Assembly: GCA_963695345.1 (NCBI GenBank)
Contig: OY968769.1
Coordinates: forward strand, 1,984,001-2,048,000
Origin: an uncultured Methanomassiliicoccales archaeon
GTDB lineage: Archaea > Thermoplasmatota > Thermoplasmata > Methanomassiliicoccales > UBA472
Direction: 5' to 3'
Length of the DNA stretch: 64,000 nt
Every line of letters begins with the position of its first letter. Positions within the stretch are counted from its first letter, which is position 1. The position numbers and the translations under genes are program-made. This document shows positions 1 through 10,888 of this stretch, in pieces. Below the pieces are notes generated by a model that saw nothing but the letters and a program-made list of their open reading frames with translations, was not told the DNA's origin and did no database searches.

Positions 1-196
1 TCTGCAGGTGGCCCGAGGTCTCGCCCTTCTTCCACAGCTTCTGCCGGGAACGGGACCAGAAATGGGTATAACCGGTGCTGAGCATCAGGTCGTAGGCATC
101 CTGGTTGGCATAGGCGAGCATGAGCACTTCATTGGTGTAGGCGTCCTGGACAATGACCGGGATCAGCCCTTCCGAATTGAACTTGATATCCGTCAT
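1..196 (-). CDS. hisI: Phosphoribosyl-AMP cyclohydrolase (runs off the window edge)
   Basis: Manual translation [31 protein letters not shown]...[25 protein letters not shown] overlap with the hisF stop. Not in the ORF track. Confidence 0.93.
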   Translation of the reverse strand, partial: MTDIKFNSEGLIPVIVQDAYTNEVLMLAYANQDAYDLMLSTGYTHFWSRSRQKLWKKGETSGHLQ

Positions 197-947
197 CTGA
201 CCGGCACCCCCCGCTTGCGCAGGTACGACTTGACCTGGCCGACGGTGAGCTCGTTGTAATGGAATATCGAGGCCGCCAATGCCGCCTCCGCCTTGGTCTT
301 GGTCAAGCACTTCGTAGATGTGTTCCACGTTTCCGCAGCCGCCCGAGGCGATGACCGGGATGTTCACGTTCCGGGCCACCGCGTCCGTCAGCTCCAGGTC
401 GTATCCGTCCTTGGTGCCGTCCGCGTCCATGCTGGTGAGGAGTATCTCCCCCGCCCCCAGCTTCTGCGCCCGCACCGCCCATTCGACGGCGTCCATTCCG
501 ACGTCCTTCCGACCCCCGTGGGTGTAGACGTTCCAGGAACTGCCCTGTCCTCTTGGCGTCGATGGCCACGACCACGCACTGTGAACCGAAATCCTCGGCG
601 CACTGGGTGATGATCTCCGGGTTCTGCACGGCGATGGTGTTGATCGATACCTTGTCCGCCCCGGCGTTAAGGGCAGACCGCATGTCCTCCCGGCTGCGGA
701 CGCCGCCACCCACCGTGAGCGGCACGAAAAGCTGGTTGGCCGTCCTTTCCACGACATCCAGCAGGGTCCTTCGACCTTCGTGCGAGGCGGAGATGTCCAG
801 GAACACTATCTCGTCCGCTCCCTGCCCCTCATAGCTGGAGGCCATGTCCGGCGGCGAGCCGACACCCTGCAGGTTGAGGAACTTGATGCCCTTGACGACG
901 TTCCCGTCCTTCACGTCCAGGCAGGGGATTATGCGCTTGGTTAGCAG
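193..947 (-). CDS. hisF: Imidazole glycerol phosphate synthase cyclase subunit (frameshift ~545; apparent CTG start)
   Basis: [44 protein letters not shown]-terminal half continues in another frame (WNVYTHGG..., ALAASIFHY). Confidence 0.93.
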
Positions 948-948
948 C

Positions 949-1499
949 TCAACCCCTCCGAACCTTGGGCTTTTCCTTGGTGGACAGGACCGTCCCCCTC
1001 TTCGTCGTCGCCCGCCTCAGGGCGGTTCCCAGCGCCTTGAACGTCGCTTCGACCATGTGGTGATCGTCGAATCCCCTCTTGACTATGACGTGCAACGTGA
1101 TCCCGGACGACATCGCGAACGATCGCAGGAAGTGGTGGTATAGCACGTCCGGGCAGTCTATCTCGGCGTAGGGCCGGTCGACGATGTCCAGGTCGACCTC
1201 CACCAGCGCGTCGTCCATCGGGACCACGGCGGACGCGATCCTTTCCACCGGGGCATCCCCCAGGGCTTCCCGCAACGCCTGCCCGAGCACTATCGCCACA
1301 TCCTCCACCAGGTGGTGGTCGTTGTCCCCGTTGGCGGCGACCTCGATATCGAAAGATGAGTATCTGGCGAAGGTCTCGAGCATATGCCTCAGGAACTGTT
1401 CGTCGCAACGGACCGAGGCTTTTCCGGTCCCGTCGATGTTGAGCGCTATGGATATATCGGTCTCCTTCGTCTGCCTCTCAGCTTCGCCGACCTGGTCAC
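949..1499 (-). CDS. hisB: Imidazoleglycerol-phosphate dehydratase (frameshift ~1480)
   Basis: [11 protein letters not shown] and [12 protein letters not shown] motifs. N-terminal RQTKETDI is restored by one indel. Confidence 0.92.
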
Positions 1500-1503
1500 C
1501 AAT

Positions 1504-2208
1504 TCACTTCCTCCATACATCTAAAGGATTCAGTTTTCCGGTATAAAGTGCTAATCCGACCACCGCGGACCTGATGCCGATCCTTTCCAGCTCGGCAAGG
1601 TCTTTCATGCCGGTTATGCCGCCGGAGGCGATGACCTCGTGCGGGCACCGGGCCACGAACGATTCGACCTCGTTCACGTTGATGCCTTGCACCTTGCCCT
1701 CCACGTCAACATCGGTGTGCAGGACGGCCGCCAAAGGGATATCCTCGATCTGCCGGAACATGTCCTCGTGGGAGATTCCTGCCGATTCCTGCCACCCTTT
1801 GACGGTGATCTTGCCTGCCTTCACGTCCAGCGCCAGGACGATCTTCTTCGGGTTCCTTTCGGCCAGATGGCGGAGCCATTCCGGTTCCCTGATCGCCTTG
1901 GTCCCCACCACGACCTGTTTTGCGCCGGCGTCCAACAGATACTCGGCCAGTTCGATCGATCTGATGCCTCCCCCGACCTCGACCGGCACATTGCATTCGG
2001 TGATTATCCGCCGGATGCTCTGGACGTTGTTGCCCCTGGCGAAGGCTCCGTCCAGGTCGACCACGTGCAGCATCGGGGCACCTTTCGAGACCCAGTCCTG
2101 GGCCACCTCGACGGGGTTCGGGATCAGCACCTGCTCGGTGCCCGGAACGCCTCCCACCAGCTGGACCACGTTGTGGTCCAGGATGTCGACCGCTGGCATG
2201 ACCATCAT
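1504..2208 (-). CDS. hisA: HisA isomerase (in frame with hisH in this sequence)
   Basis: MPAVDILDHNVVQLVGG, LHVVDLDGA, VEVGGGIRS, VIASGGI. SD-like GGAGG at 2221-2217. Confidence 0.92.
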   Translation of the reverse strand: MMVMPAVDILDHNVVQLVGGVPGTEQVLIPNPVEVAQDWVSKGAPMLHVVDLDGAFARGNNVQSIRRIITECNVPVEVGGGIRSIELAEYLLDAGAKQVVVGTKAIREPEWLRHLAERNPKKIVLALDVKAGKITVKGWQESAGISHEDMFRQIEDIPLAAVLHTDVDVEGKVQGINVNEVESFVARCPHEVIASGGITGMKDLAELERIGIRSAVVGLALYTGKLNPLDVWRK

Positions 2209-2802
2209 TTGCAGCTCCTCCGCGAACCTGACGAAGTTGCGCAGGAAGGTCAGCCCGTTCGAGGAGCTCTTCTCCGGGTGGAACTGTACGCCGTAGGTGT
2301 TCTCCTTCCGGAACACCGTGGGGATCCTCCCGTAGTAGTCCGTGGTGCCGACGACGACGTCCTCCAGGGCGTTGCCGAAGAACGAATGCGCGAAGTAGAA
2401 GTATGGCGACGTGATCGATTCGAACAGCCGGTCCTGGCATTCTACCGAGTTCCATCCCATGTGGGGCACCCGGTCCGCCTTCAGACGGACGACCCGTCCG
2501 TTGAGGAAGCCCAGTCCGGGACCTTCCCCCTCCTCGCTGCTCTCGAAGAGTATCTGGGAACCGATGCAGATGCCGAGGCACGGTTTTCCATCCTTCAGTT
2601 CCTTCAGGATCTCTGCCCGGTACGGTTGCAGCCTCTCCATGGTCTTGGTGAACGCGCCAACTCCCGGCAGGACGATGCATTCCGCGTCCAGGAGGGCGGA
2701 CATGTCCTTCTCCACATGCACCTCGGCGCCGCAGTTCTCCAACGCCTTATGGATGCTGTGCAGGTTGCCCACGCCGTAGTCGGCGATGCAGAACCTTACC
2801 AT
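2209..2802 (-). CDS. hisH: IGP synthase glutamine amidotransferase subunit
   Basis: DYGVGNLHSI, LPGVGAF, LGICIG, VPHMGWN, GVQFHPEKS. Confidence 0.93.
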
Positions 2803-3850
2803 TCGCTCACGACCTCCCTCAATTTGGCCAGGAGCTCATCGTTCATCTCCCTGGTGCCGATGGTGGTCCGGACACAGTTCTCCAGCCTGCGGTGCTTTCC
2901 GAAGTCCCGGATGAGGACGTCCTTCTGGGCCAGGCGGGCATACCAGCTGGGCCGAGTCCTTGGGTGAGCGGAACAGGATGAAGTTCGCCTCTGATGGGAA
3001 CACGTGGAACCCGAGCGCGCGACAGACCATCGGCCAGGTGTCTGCGTTCCCGGTTCACCGTGTCGACGCTCTGGTGGACGTAGCTCTGGTCCTTGAGCGC
3101 GGCAATGGCCACATGCTCGGACACCCGGTTCAGCGAATAGGGGATCTTGACGGTCTGCATCACGTTGGCCATGGTCCAGGTTGGATGCCATGTACCCTAT
3201 GCGCATGCCGGCCAGACCGTACGCCTTGCTGAAGGTGCGGGTAACGATCAGGTTCTCGTATTTGTCCACGAGCGGCATGAACGATTCGCCGGCGAACTCC
3301 CCGTAGGCCTCATCCACGACGACCGGCCGGTCGCAGCCTTCGACCACCGCCCTGACATCCTCCTGGCGGAACAGGTTCGAGGTCGGGTTGTTGGGGGTGC
3401 AGATGATGACCATCTTGCCCTTTGCCGAATTGATGCCCTCGACATTCAGCTGGAAATCGTCATCGAGGTCGATCTGGGTGACATTTCCCCCGTTGATCTT
3501 GACGAAGAACCCGTGCAATGAATAGGCCGGGTAGGCGGTGATGACCGTCTCCCCCGGCTCCATGAACGTCTTGAACAGAATGTCCAGCATCTCGTCGGAA
3601 CCGTTGCCTACCACGAAGTTGTCCCGCTGCAGGCCATAGAAATCGGCCAGTTCCTCGCGCAGTCCATCGGAATAGGTGGACGGATACTGGTCCAGGTTCA
3701 TATCGGCGCATTCCATGATGGCCCTCTTGGCGGCCGGGTTGCATCCGTGGCGGGTTGGTGCTGGTGTCCATGCGGAGCTTGCCCTCGACCTTGGGATTAT
3801 AGTAGGTGGTCATTCCCCGGGCTGTGCTGCCTGATCCATTCATTATTCAT
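2796..3850 (-). CDS. hisC: Histidinol-phosphate aminotransferase (several frameshifts)
   Basis: GNGSDE, PNNPT, VDEAY, RTFSKAYGLAGMRIGY and FPSEANFILF spread across frames. Confidence 0.9.
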
Positions 3851-3859
3851 GCCATCGCC

Positions 3860-4718
3860 TCAGGGTACCATTCTGTCGATGGGCGTGATCAGTATGCCGG
3901 AAGCGCCCAGCCTCTTCAGCCGGATGATGGCGTCATAGACCTGGTCCTTGCTCGATGACCACATGAACGGCTACCACATCTTCCCGGCCGGCGATGTTCA
4001 TGACCGTGGGGCCGGCAATTCCGGGGAAGTATTTCCGCACCTCGTCCAGCGCGACGGTTGGCACGTCGGCCATGAGGTACTTCTTGTTCTCCGCGTCCAT
4101 GACGCTCCTCATCGCTGCGACGAGCTCGTCGATCTCCTCCCGCCTGTGCTTGTATGACTCGATGTTGGCGATGACCACTGCCTGCGAGTTGGTGATGACC
4201 GCGATCTCCTTCAGGTGGTTCTGCCTCAGGGTCGATCCGCTGGAGACCAGGTCGGAAATGACGTCGGCCACCCCCAGGTGCGGGGTTACCTCAGCCGCTC
4301 CCGATATCTTGGTGATCTCGACCTGTTTCCCCAACCGCTCGAAGTACTTCTGGGTCAGGTAGGGGAAGGAGGTGGCCACGACCGTTCCGTCCTTGATGTC
4401 GTCCACGCTGTCGAAACCCGATCCCTCGGGCGCGGCGATGGAAAGCCGGCAGTGCCCGAAGTCCAGCTCATAGACCGTCTTGACATCGACGCCCGACTCC
4501 AATACCAGGTCCTTTCCGGTCACTCCGATGTCCACCGCTCCCTTATGCACAAAACGCACGATGTCCGAGGCCCGCAGGAACATTACAGAAAGGTTCCTTA
4601 CGTTCGTGTAGAGCTTCCTCTCATCCGCCCCATCTATCTCCAGACCTGCATGGTTCAGTATCTGGACGGTCCGCTCGCTCAGCCTTCCCTTGTTGGGTAT
4701 GGCGAACTTAAGTGTCAA
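3860..4718 (-). CDS. hisG: ATP phosphoribosyltransferase, long form (frameshift ~3950)
   Basis: AIPNKGRL, DLVSSGSTLRQNHL. C-terminal GASGILITPIDRMVP in the shifted frame. Confidence 0.93.
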
Positions 4719-4811
4719 GTGCTCACCGTGTCAGTGTGGTCAACGATAATACATTACTTCAACCTTTTGCGCATTGACCAGTAGTTCCGGCGGCAAAGTG
4801 TCCGGGGCTCG

Positions 4812-5231
4812 CTATTGGGTCCGATTCTCTAGAGGGGCACCGCAGGAAATACATCTATGGGTGGTCGGGGCGTTCAGCATCCCGCAATAGTCGCACTTGC
4901 CATGCTCGACCCAATGGTTCCTGAGCCGTTCGATGCGGTTCCTCTCCTTCCTGGTGATTCCCTTGCCGATCATGACAAAGACCACGGCGACCAGGACCAG
5001 AACGAAGCTGACCACCAGGAAACCGGATTCCGCCATCAGGCCAGGGAGCAGGAAGCCGAAAGCGAAAAAGCCCAACATCCCGGCCAGGCCATAGAAGAGC
5101 ATCGCTATGGCCTTGGCGTTCGAGTTCGGGTCGTCATAGATCTGGGGCACACCGGACAGGTCGCTGCCGCAGTTCGGGCAGAGCTTGGTCCCTGGCTTGG
5201 ACTCGGTCTCGCAGGCGGGGCATTTGGTCAT
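4812..5231 (-). CDS. Membrane protein with N- and C-terminal zinc ribbons
   Basis: CPAC..CPNCG, two hydrophobic helices, CDYCG..CISCG. Confidence 0.75.
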   Translation of the reverse strand: MTKCPACETESKPGTKLCPNCGSDLSGVPQIYDDPNSNAKAIAMLFYGLAGMLGFFAFGFLLPGLMAESGFLVVSFVLVLVAVVFVMIGKGITRKERNRIERLRNHWVEHGKCDYCGMLNAPTTHRCISCGAPLENRTQ

Positions 5232-5359
5232 GAATGGCTGAGAAAACCAGGTCTTTCTTTATGATTCTTTTCAGAAAAAACACGATTTGCGAGATTTAGT
5301 GGACCATGTTTCACTCCCCCTGGAACACCACGATGTTCGGTCTCGGTGGGCTTATGGAT

Positions 5360-6100
5360 TCACGGTGGTCCGTTTGGCAATACTATCCGGGACGCACGTG
5401 TGAACGTGCCCCGGGCCGGGACCATCCTGGGGAGGCATCCCTTCAAGGCGATCTTGTCTCCTACGATCGCCGCGCAACCTATCACATCCTTCAGGTCTGC
5501 GACCTTCTCCACGGCTATCTTCATTTCTTCATCCACGTCCGAGGTGACCAGATTGCCCAACATGCTGGCGCAGGCATCTGCCAGGGTAACGTTGTCCGAG
5601 ATCACCATGGCCGCGTCGGCCACCCCGAAGGAGATCGAAGGGCCGACGGTGGCGGACGAGGTGCATATCCCGATGATGTGGTCGACCGGGTCGAACCGGA
5701 ACGCCAATTCGCTGAACCTCGATCTTCCCGCGTATATGCCGATGTCGACCTCCCGGTCTAGGATCATGGCTATGTCCCCGCCGTTGTCGACCAGGGCATG
5801 GGTCGAACCGGCCGCGACCATCTCCTCCAGCGCGGCCTCCGCCACCGCCCCCGCCACCGCGGCCATGGGGCCGACGTTCGCGGCTCGGGCCGCATCGCAC
5901 ATCCGCCGGATCAGGGGAGGTGCGGTGGTTTCTTCATGGTATGGCTCCAGGGTGCTGCGGAAGAAAGGGTCGTCGGCGATGAACCGTTCCAGTAGGGCGC
6001 GGGACTCGAAGATCGAATGCTTGGCCACCGGGACGAACCGTTCGTCCGCGACGATGGTGACGGCGGTCTCCCGGATCTCGAAGTGCTCCCTCACGATCAT
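5360..6100 (-). CDS. UPF0280 / ApbE-like protein (MA1715-type, sulfide assimilation)
   Basis: VGPMAAVAGAVA, VDNGGDIA, GICTSSATVGPSISFG. ATGA coupling to the upstream gene. Confidence 0.88.
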   Translation of the reverse strand: MIVREHFEIRETAVTIVADERFVPVAKHSIFESRALLERFIADDPFFRSTLEPYHEETTAPPLIRRMCDAARAANVGPMAAVAGAVAEAALEEMVAAGSTHALVDNGGDIAMILDREVDIGIYAGRSRFSELAFRFDPVDHIIGICTSSATVGPSISFGVADAAMVISDNVTLADACASMLGNLVTSDVDEEMKIAVEKVADLKDVIGCAAIVGDKIALKGCLPRMVPARGTFTRASRIVLPNGPP

Positions 6101-6502
6101 ATCTTGAAGGCTATGGCGCCAGGCGGGCAGGCGTCGATGCAGGTCCCGCACGCGATGCACTTTTCCGGAAGGTAGGAGACCATCTTAGTGGCCGGGTCCA
6201 TGCACATGGCCTCGACCGGGCAGATGCTGATGCACATCCCGCAGTGGGTGCACCGGTCCTCGTCCTTTTTTATGTAGGCCTTCAGTTCACGGACCTCGAC
6301 CCTGCTCTGCTTGAGGTATTCGACCGACCTCTTGATCATGTCAGGCTTGCCCTGCATCTCGATCAGCATCTTTCCGCCTACGTCGTTGACCTCGGCCCTG
6401 AGGATATTGATCTGGAGGTCGTAGTCCTTGACCATGCGATAGGTGATAGGCTCGTTCACCAGGTCCGGGGTGAAACTGAGCTGGAACTTCCTTTTTGGCC
6501 AT
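6097..6502 (-). CDS. NIL domain + 2x[4Fe-4S] ferredoxin (MA1822-type; frameshift ~6493)
   Basis: QINILRAEV (NIL), CTHCGMCISICP and CIACGTCIDACP. Confidence 0.88.
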
Positions 6503-7669
6503 TATACCACGTCCTCCCTGGACATGACCTCGAGGGGTTTCTGGACCCTCTCCTTGGGCAATCGGCGCCACTGGCTGGGTCAGTGTGAACTCTCCCTCCT
6601 CGATCCATTTCTTGAGGCGTCCGGCGACTATCCGCGCCTTGTAGTAGCTGGACAGCGAGGAGGTCTTAACCCGCTTGCCGTGGAGCTCGATGCAGCCGGA
6701 GCGCAGATCGGAGTAGTTGATCTCCTTGATCGGTTTGCGGTTGCGCGACTGGACCGCGTAGTCGAGCAGCGGCGCGAAGATCTGGTCATCCCTGATGGAA
6801 ACACACCTCATCATCTCCTCGTCGAGTATTGGGATGGGAACGCCGATGCCCAGGCCGAGCGAGAGCCCGTACTTCTGGAAGTTCAGGGCGGTGACGAACT
6901 CGGTGGACATGCCCCTCAGGTCTCCCACCAGGGCGAGGGACCTGGCCGCGCCCACCGGGACGCCGTTCTTGGTGGCCGTGGTGGTCTTGTACTGGGTGCC
7001 TTCCCAGGCGACATACCCGACCCCTCCGCCCAGGAATATCCGGGTGCCGATGCCGATGGTCCGCATCTGGGGGTCGTTCAGCAGCGGCGACAGCTGGCCG
7101 GCCGACGAATAGGTCACGTTACCGTAGTGCGGCAGGAGCTTTCCCATGTACGTGTAGAGCGTCTTGTCCGAACTGTTGGTGGCCAGGCCGTAGTTCTGAT
7201 AGGCGTTGCGGGGATTATACAGGTAGGCCTGGTTTATGGTCTTCAGCGAGATGTAGGTGTCGATGTCCTTCCGCGGGTAGCAGTCGGAACAGTACGAGCT
7301 GGCCTTGAGATGTATGGCCTTTCCGGCCACAAGCTCCTCGATGACATGGGCGCCGCCATAGCCCATGTCCTCGTCGTTGCGCAGCTCGGTGGCCCCGATG
7401 TAGGCATCCACCGCGGCCAGGCCGCCGTACGCGGACACGCCGTTCAAGGAGATGTGCTGCATCTTGATCGGCGGTTCCGAATGGCCGAAGTTGAGGAACG
7501 CACCCGAAGAGCACATCGCCCCGAACGTGCCGGTGGTGACCACATCGACCTCCTCGGTGGCCTTCTCGATGCCCTTGCTCTCTATGAGCCCGAGCACCTC
7601 CTCGGCGGTCATCACCACCGCATCCTTAGCCTCGATCTTGCAATTGATCTCCTCGTACGTTCGTTTCAC
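6502..7669 (-). CDS. L-aspartate semialdehyde sulfurtransferase / DUF39 homocysteine biosynthesis protein (MA1821/MJ0100-type; frameshift ~6555)
   Basis: VDVVTTGTFGAMCSSGAFLNFGH, YGGAHVIEEL, NPRNAYQNY, SSAGQLSPLLNDP. Confidence 0.9.
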
Positions 7670-7678
7670 GGTTTCGCC

Positions 7679-8743
7679 TCACAACAGCTTCTTTGCCTTG
7701 GCCAGTTCCGCGTTTAGCACCGAACCGCCGGCCCCGCCGCGGATGGTGTTGTGTGACAGTACCCACATCTTGGTGTACTTGCCGCTCTGCCTCACCCTTC
7801 CGACGGTCACCGCCATGCCCCTCGCCCTGGCCGGTTCACCGGCGTAGACATCGACGATGGGCTGGGGCCGGTCCTCCTCCTGCCTGACGATGATCGGCTG
7901 CTTGGGCGCCGTGGGCAGCTCCAGTTTCTGCGGGTCCGAACGGTAATCGTTCAGCAGTGTGGTGATCTCCTCGACCGTTGGCGACTTTCCCATGATCATC
8001 GCCGCCGATTCCGTGTGGCCGTCAATGACCGGGACGCGGGCGCACGAGGCCACCATGTCAAAGACGGCATCCTTGATCCCGCCCTTGGGTGAGATCACGC
8101 CGAGCATCTTGAAGATCTCCCCTTCCATCTTCTCTTCCTCGTTCTTGATGTAAGGGACGATGTTCCCCAGGATGTCCAGTGACGGGACTCCGGGATAACC
8201 GGCGCCGCTGACCGCCTGATAGGTGGATACGCAGAGGAAGCGCAGCCCATACTCCTCATGGATCGCCGCCATCGGGATGGCCAATCCAGTGGTGGAGCAG
8301 TTGGCGTTTGTTACGATGTAGCCGCCATTCTTGAAGGATTTCTGCGCTTTGACCAGCTTGAGATGCTCTGGGTTCACTTCCGGGATCAGCAGGGGCACGT
8401 CCGCCCTCATCCGGTGTGAGGCGGCGTTGGAGAAGACCGCGACCGAACCGTCGGCCAGGCTCTGCTCGCAGTCCTTGGCGATATCGGTGGGCAGACCGGA
8501 GAAGGCCACTCGGCACCTGGATGCGATGGTCTTGACATCCAGCTGCTCGATCTTCCTTTCCAGCGTCTCCTCCTTGAACGGATAGTCCTTGATCCGCAGG
8601 ACCTGTTTCAGTTTCTTCCCTTCCGACCGCTCCGAGGCGTACAAACCCTGGATCTCGAAATAAGGATGGTCTTCCAGCAGCTGGATGAACCTCTGACCGA
8701 TGTTGCCCGTCGCTCCCAGCACCGCTACCTGTATCTTGGCCAA
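7679..8743 (-). CDS. asd: Aspartate-semialdehyde dehydrogenase
   Basis: VLGATGNIGQRF, TNANCSTTG, QAVSGAGYPG, RVPVIDGH, HNTIRGGAGG. TTG start. Confidence 0.95.
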   Translation of the reverse strand: MAKIQVAVLGATGNIGQRFIQLLEDHPYFEIQGLYASERSEGKKLKQVLRIKDYPFKEETLERKIEQLDVKTIASRCRVAFSGLPTDIAKDCEQSLADGSVAVFSNAASHRMRADVPLLIPEVNPEHLKLVKAQKSFKNGGYIVTNANCSTTGLAIPMAAIHEEYGLRFLCVSTYQAVSGAGYPGVPSLDILGNIVPYIKNEEEKMEGEIFKMLGVISPKGGIKDAVFDMVASCARVPVIDGHTESAAMIMGKSPTVEEITTLLNDYRSDPQKLELPTAPKQPIIVRQEEDRPQPIVDVYAGEPARARGMAVTVGRVRQSGKYTKMWVLSHNTIRGGAGGSVLNAELAKAKKLL

Positions 8744-8744
8744 T

Positions 8745-9824
8745 TCAATCCTCTCCGAAGTATTCCTTTCCTTCCTGCATAATCTCGACGAACCTCTTGC
8801 TCTCCCTGTCCATGGCCGACGCCTCGATCTCCCCGACCGATTCGAGGAACAGATCCAGGCAGTGCTTGCTATGGGGATTGAGGTGCTGAATGTCATAGTA
8901 GAGGTCCGGGCTCTCGTTGGCCACCCTCTTGGATGTGGTGGCCTGGCTCCGGAAGGTGGTGGACGATATCTGGTCCAGCTTCCCGTAGTCCACTCCCGAC
9001 CTCGCCAAAGTCCGGAAGAAGGCGATGTTCGCCGCATGGGACAATCCCAGCACATAGGATATCAGCTCGTCGTGCTCCTCGACCGGCATGCGGGTCATCC
9101 TGGCGCCGGTCCCTTCGAAGAGCTCTTCCGCCTTCTCCATTGCCTTGTCGGAGCCGCAATCGCATATCACGATGTTCCTGCCGTACACCGAGCCCTCCGG
9201 TCCGAACATCGGGTGGATGGAACCGACATCGAATCCTTCCCCGGTCGCCGCCCTCATGGTCGGTATGATCGAGTCCTTGACCGATGTGATGTCCAGGACG
9301 ATCCCCTTGGGCTTCATCGCCAGGACATCCTCCAGTATCTGTTTGGTCGAGGAGATCGGAACACAGATTATGATCATATCCGCCCCCTTCACTCCATCTC
9401 TCAGACCGATCGTCGAGCGCTCCTTCTTTTCCGGCCTGGTATCGCACACGTTCACCTTGTGCCCCCTGCCAGTGAGGTATCTGACGAACCACTGGCCCAT
9501 CTTCCCGGTCCCGATGACCAGTATGTCGTGGGGCCGGCCCGGGCGGGGCATCCTTCCTTGGGCGTCCACCGATTCGCGGATCAATAGGGTGGCGATCTCC
9601 TTGGCCGCGGCCTCGCTGATGCCGACGCTCTCCGCCCTTTCCAGGTATCTCTCGATGACCTGCTCCTCGACCCTTTCGTTCCTGACCGGAAGACCCTTTC
9701 GGACCTTCTCGCTTCCCATGTAAAGGGCCGCCTTCATCCTCTTCTCTATGAGGTCCAGGATCTGATTGTCCAGTTCTTCGATCTTCCACCTAATGCCGTC
9801 CACGCTGTCAGTCAACGAAACCAC
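8745..9824 (-). CDS. tyrA: Chorismate mutase / prephenate dehydrogenase fusion
   Basis: N-terminal AroQ-like helix (IRWKIEELDNQILDLIEKRM), GTGKMG, DITSVK, HPMFGP. Confidence 0.88.
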   Translation of the reverse strand: MVSLTDSVDGIRWKIEELDNQILDLIEKRMKAALYMGSEKVRKGLPVRNERVEEQVIERYLERAESVGISEAAAKEIATLLIRESVDAQGRMPRPGRPHDILVIGTGKMGQWFVRYLTGRGHKVNVCDTRPEKKERSTIGLRDGVKGADMIIICVPISSTKQILEDVLAMKPKGIVLDITSVKDSIIPTMRAATGEGFDVGSIHPMFGPEGSVYGRNIVICDCGSDKAMEKAEELFEGTGARMTRMPVEEHDELISYVLGLSHAANIAFFRTLARSGVDYGKLDQISSTTFRSQATTSKRVANESPDLYYDIQHLNPHSKHCLDLFLESVGEIEASAMDRESKRFVEIMQEGKEYFGED

Positions 9825-10888
9825 CTCTCACGCATAGATCCGCCAATACCAGGGCGGTCACGGCCTCGACCACGATGACCGCTCTGGGCACGATACAGGG
9901 GTCGTGCCTCCCTTCGACCTTGAGGCCTGTCTCTTCCATCGTCGTCCGGTCGACGCTGCGCTGCTCCCTGGCGATGGAAGCGGTAGGCTTGAACGCCACT
10001 CGTAATGTTGATCGGCATGCCGTTCGAGATGCCTCCCAGCACGCCTCCGGAATCGTTCTTCGCGGTGCGCAGGCGTCCGTCGACCACAACGAACGGGTCG
10101 TTGTGTTCGGACCCGCGCATACAGGCCGCCCGGAAGCCGGCCCCGAACTCGATGCCTTTGACCGCCGGGATGGCGAACATCATCTTGGATATCTCTCCCT
10201 CCACCGTGTCGAAGAAAGGCTCGCCCAGTCCGACCGGGACCCCATCGCAGATGCAAGCCGACCACACCGCCGACGCTGTCATGGTCCTCGCACGCCTCCA
10301 GGATCTCGTTCCGCATAGGTCCGGCGATCTCTTCGCTGGCCGCCCGAACATCGTTCCCCTTGGACGCCGGGATATGATCTCTTGAAAGGAATGTTCCTTG
10401 ACGTCGACCACTCTGCCGATGCTCTGGGTATACGCCGCGATCTCGATGCCAAGGTCGGACAGGAGGGCCCGGGCGATGGCGCCGGCGGCCACCAGCGGCG
10501 CCGTCATCCGGCCGGAGAACTGACCGCCCCCGCGGATGTCCACGCAGCTCCCGTACTTCGACACCTGGGTCATGTCCGCATGGCCCGGCCGGGGCACGTC
10601 CTTGAACCGTCTGTACTTGTCGCTGTCCCGGTCCTCATTGCGGATGAAGATGGTGATGGGGGTCCCGGTCGCCCGGCCATCCCTGATGCCGGAGACGATC
10701 TCGACGACGTCCGCCTCCTTTCTCGGCGTACCAATTCCATCCGATGGCCGGCGCAGGTCGACCTCCCTCTGCACCGCCCCGATGTCGACCGCCAGTCCCG
10801 GCGGTATTCCGTCGAGTACGCAACCTATCGCTTCGCCGTGGGACGAGCCGAACAATGTGACCCTGAACGTGTGACCAATGGTGTTCAT
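9808..10888 (-). CDS. aroC: Chorismate synthase (about three frameshifts)
   Basis: FGSSHG, PRPGHAD, RGGGQFSGR, GSEHND, GRHDPCIVPRA. Confidence 0.92.

Noticed and set aside
6341-7669. Apparent DUF39 C-terminal extension or fusion into the NIL gene
   Set aside because: An indel at ~6555 explains it. The corrected frame stops at TAA 6504-6502, overlapping the NIL ATG.
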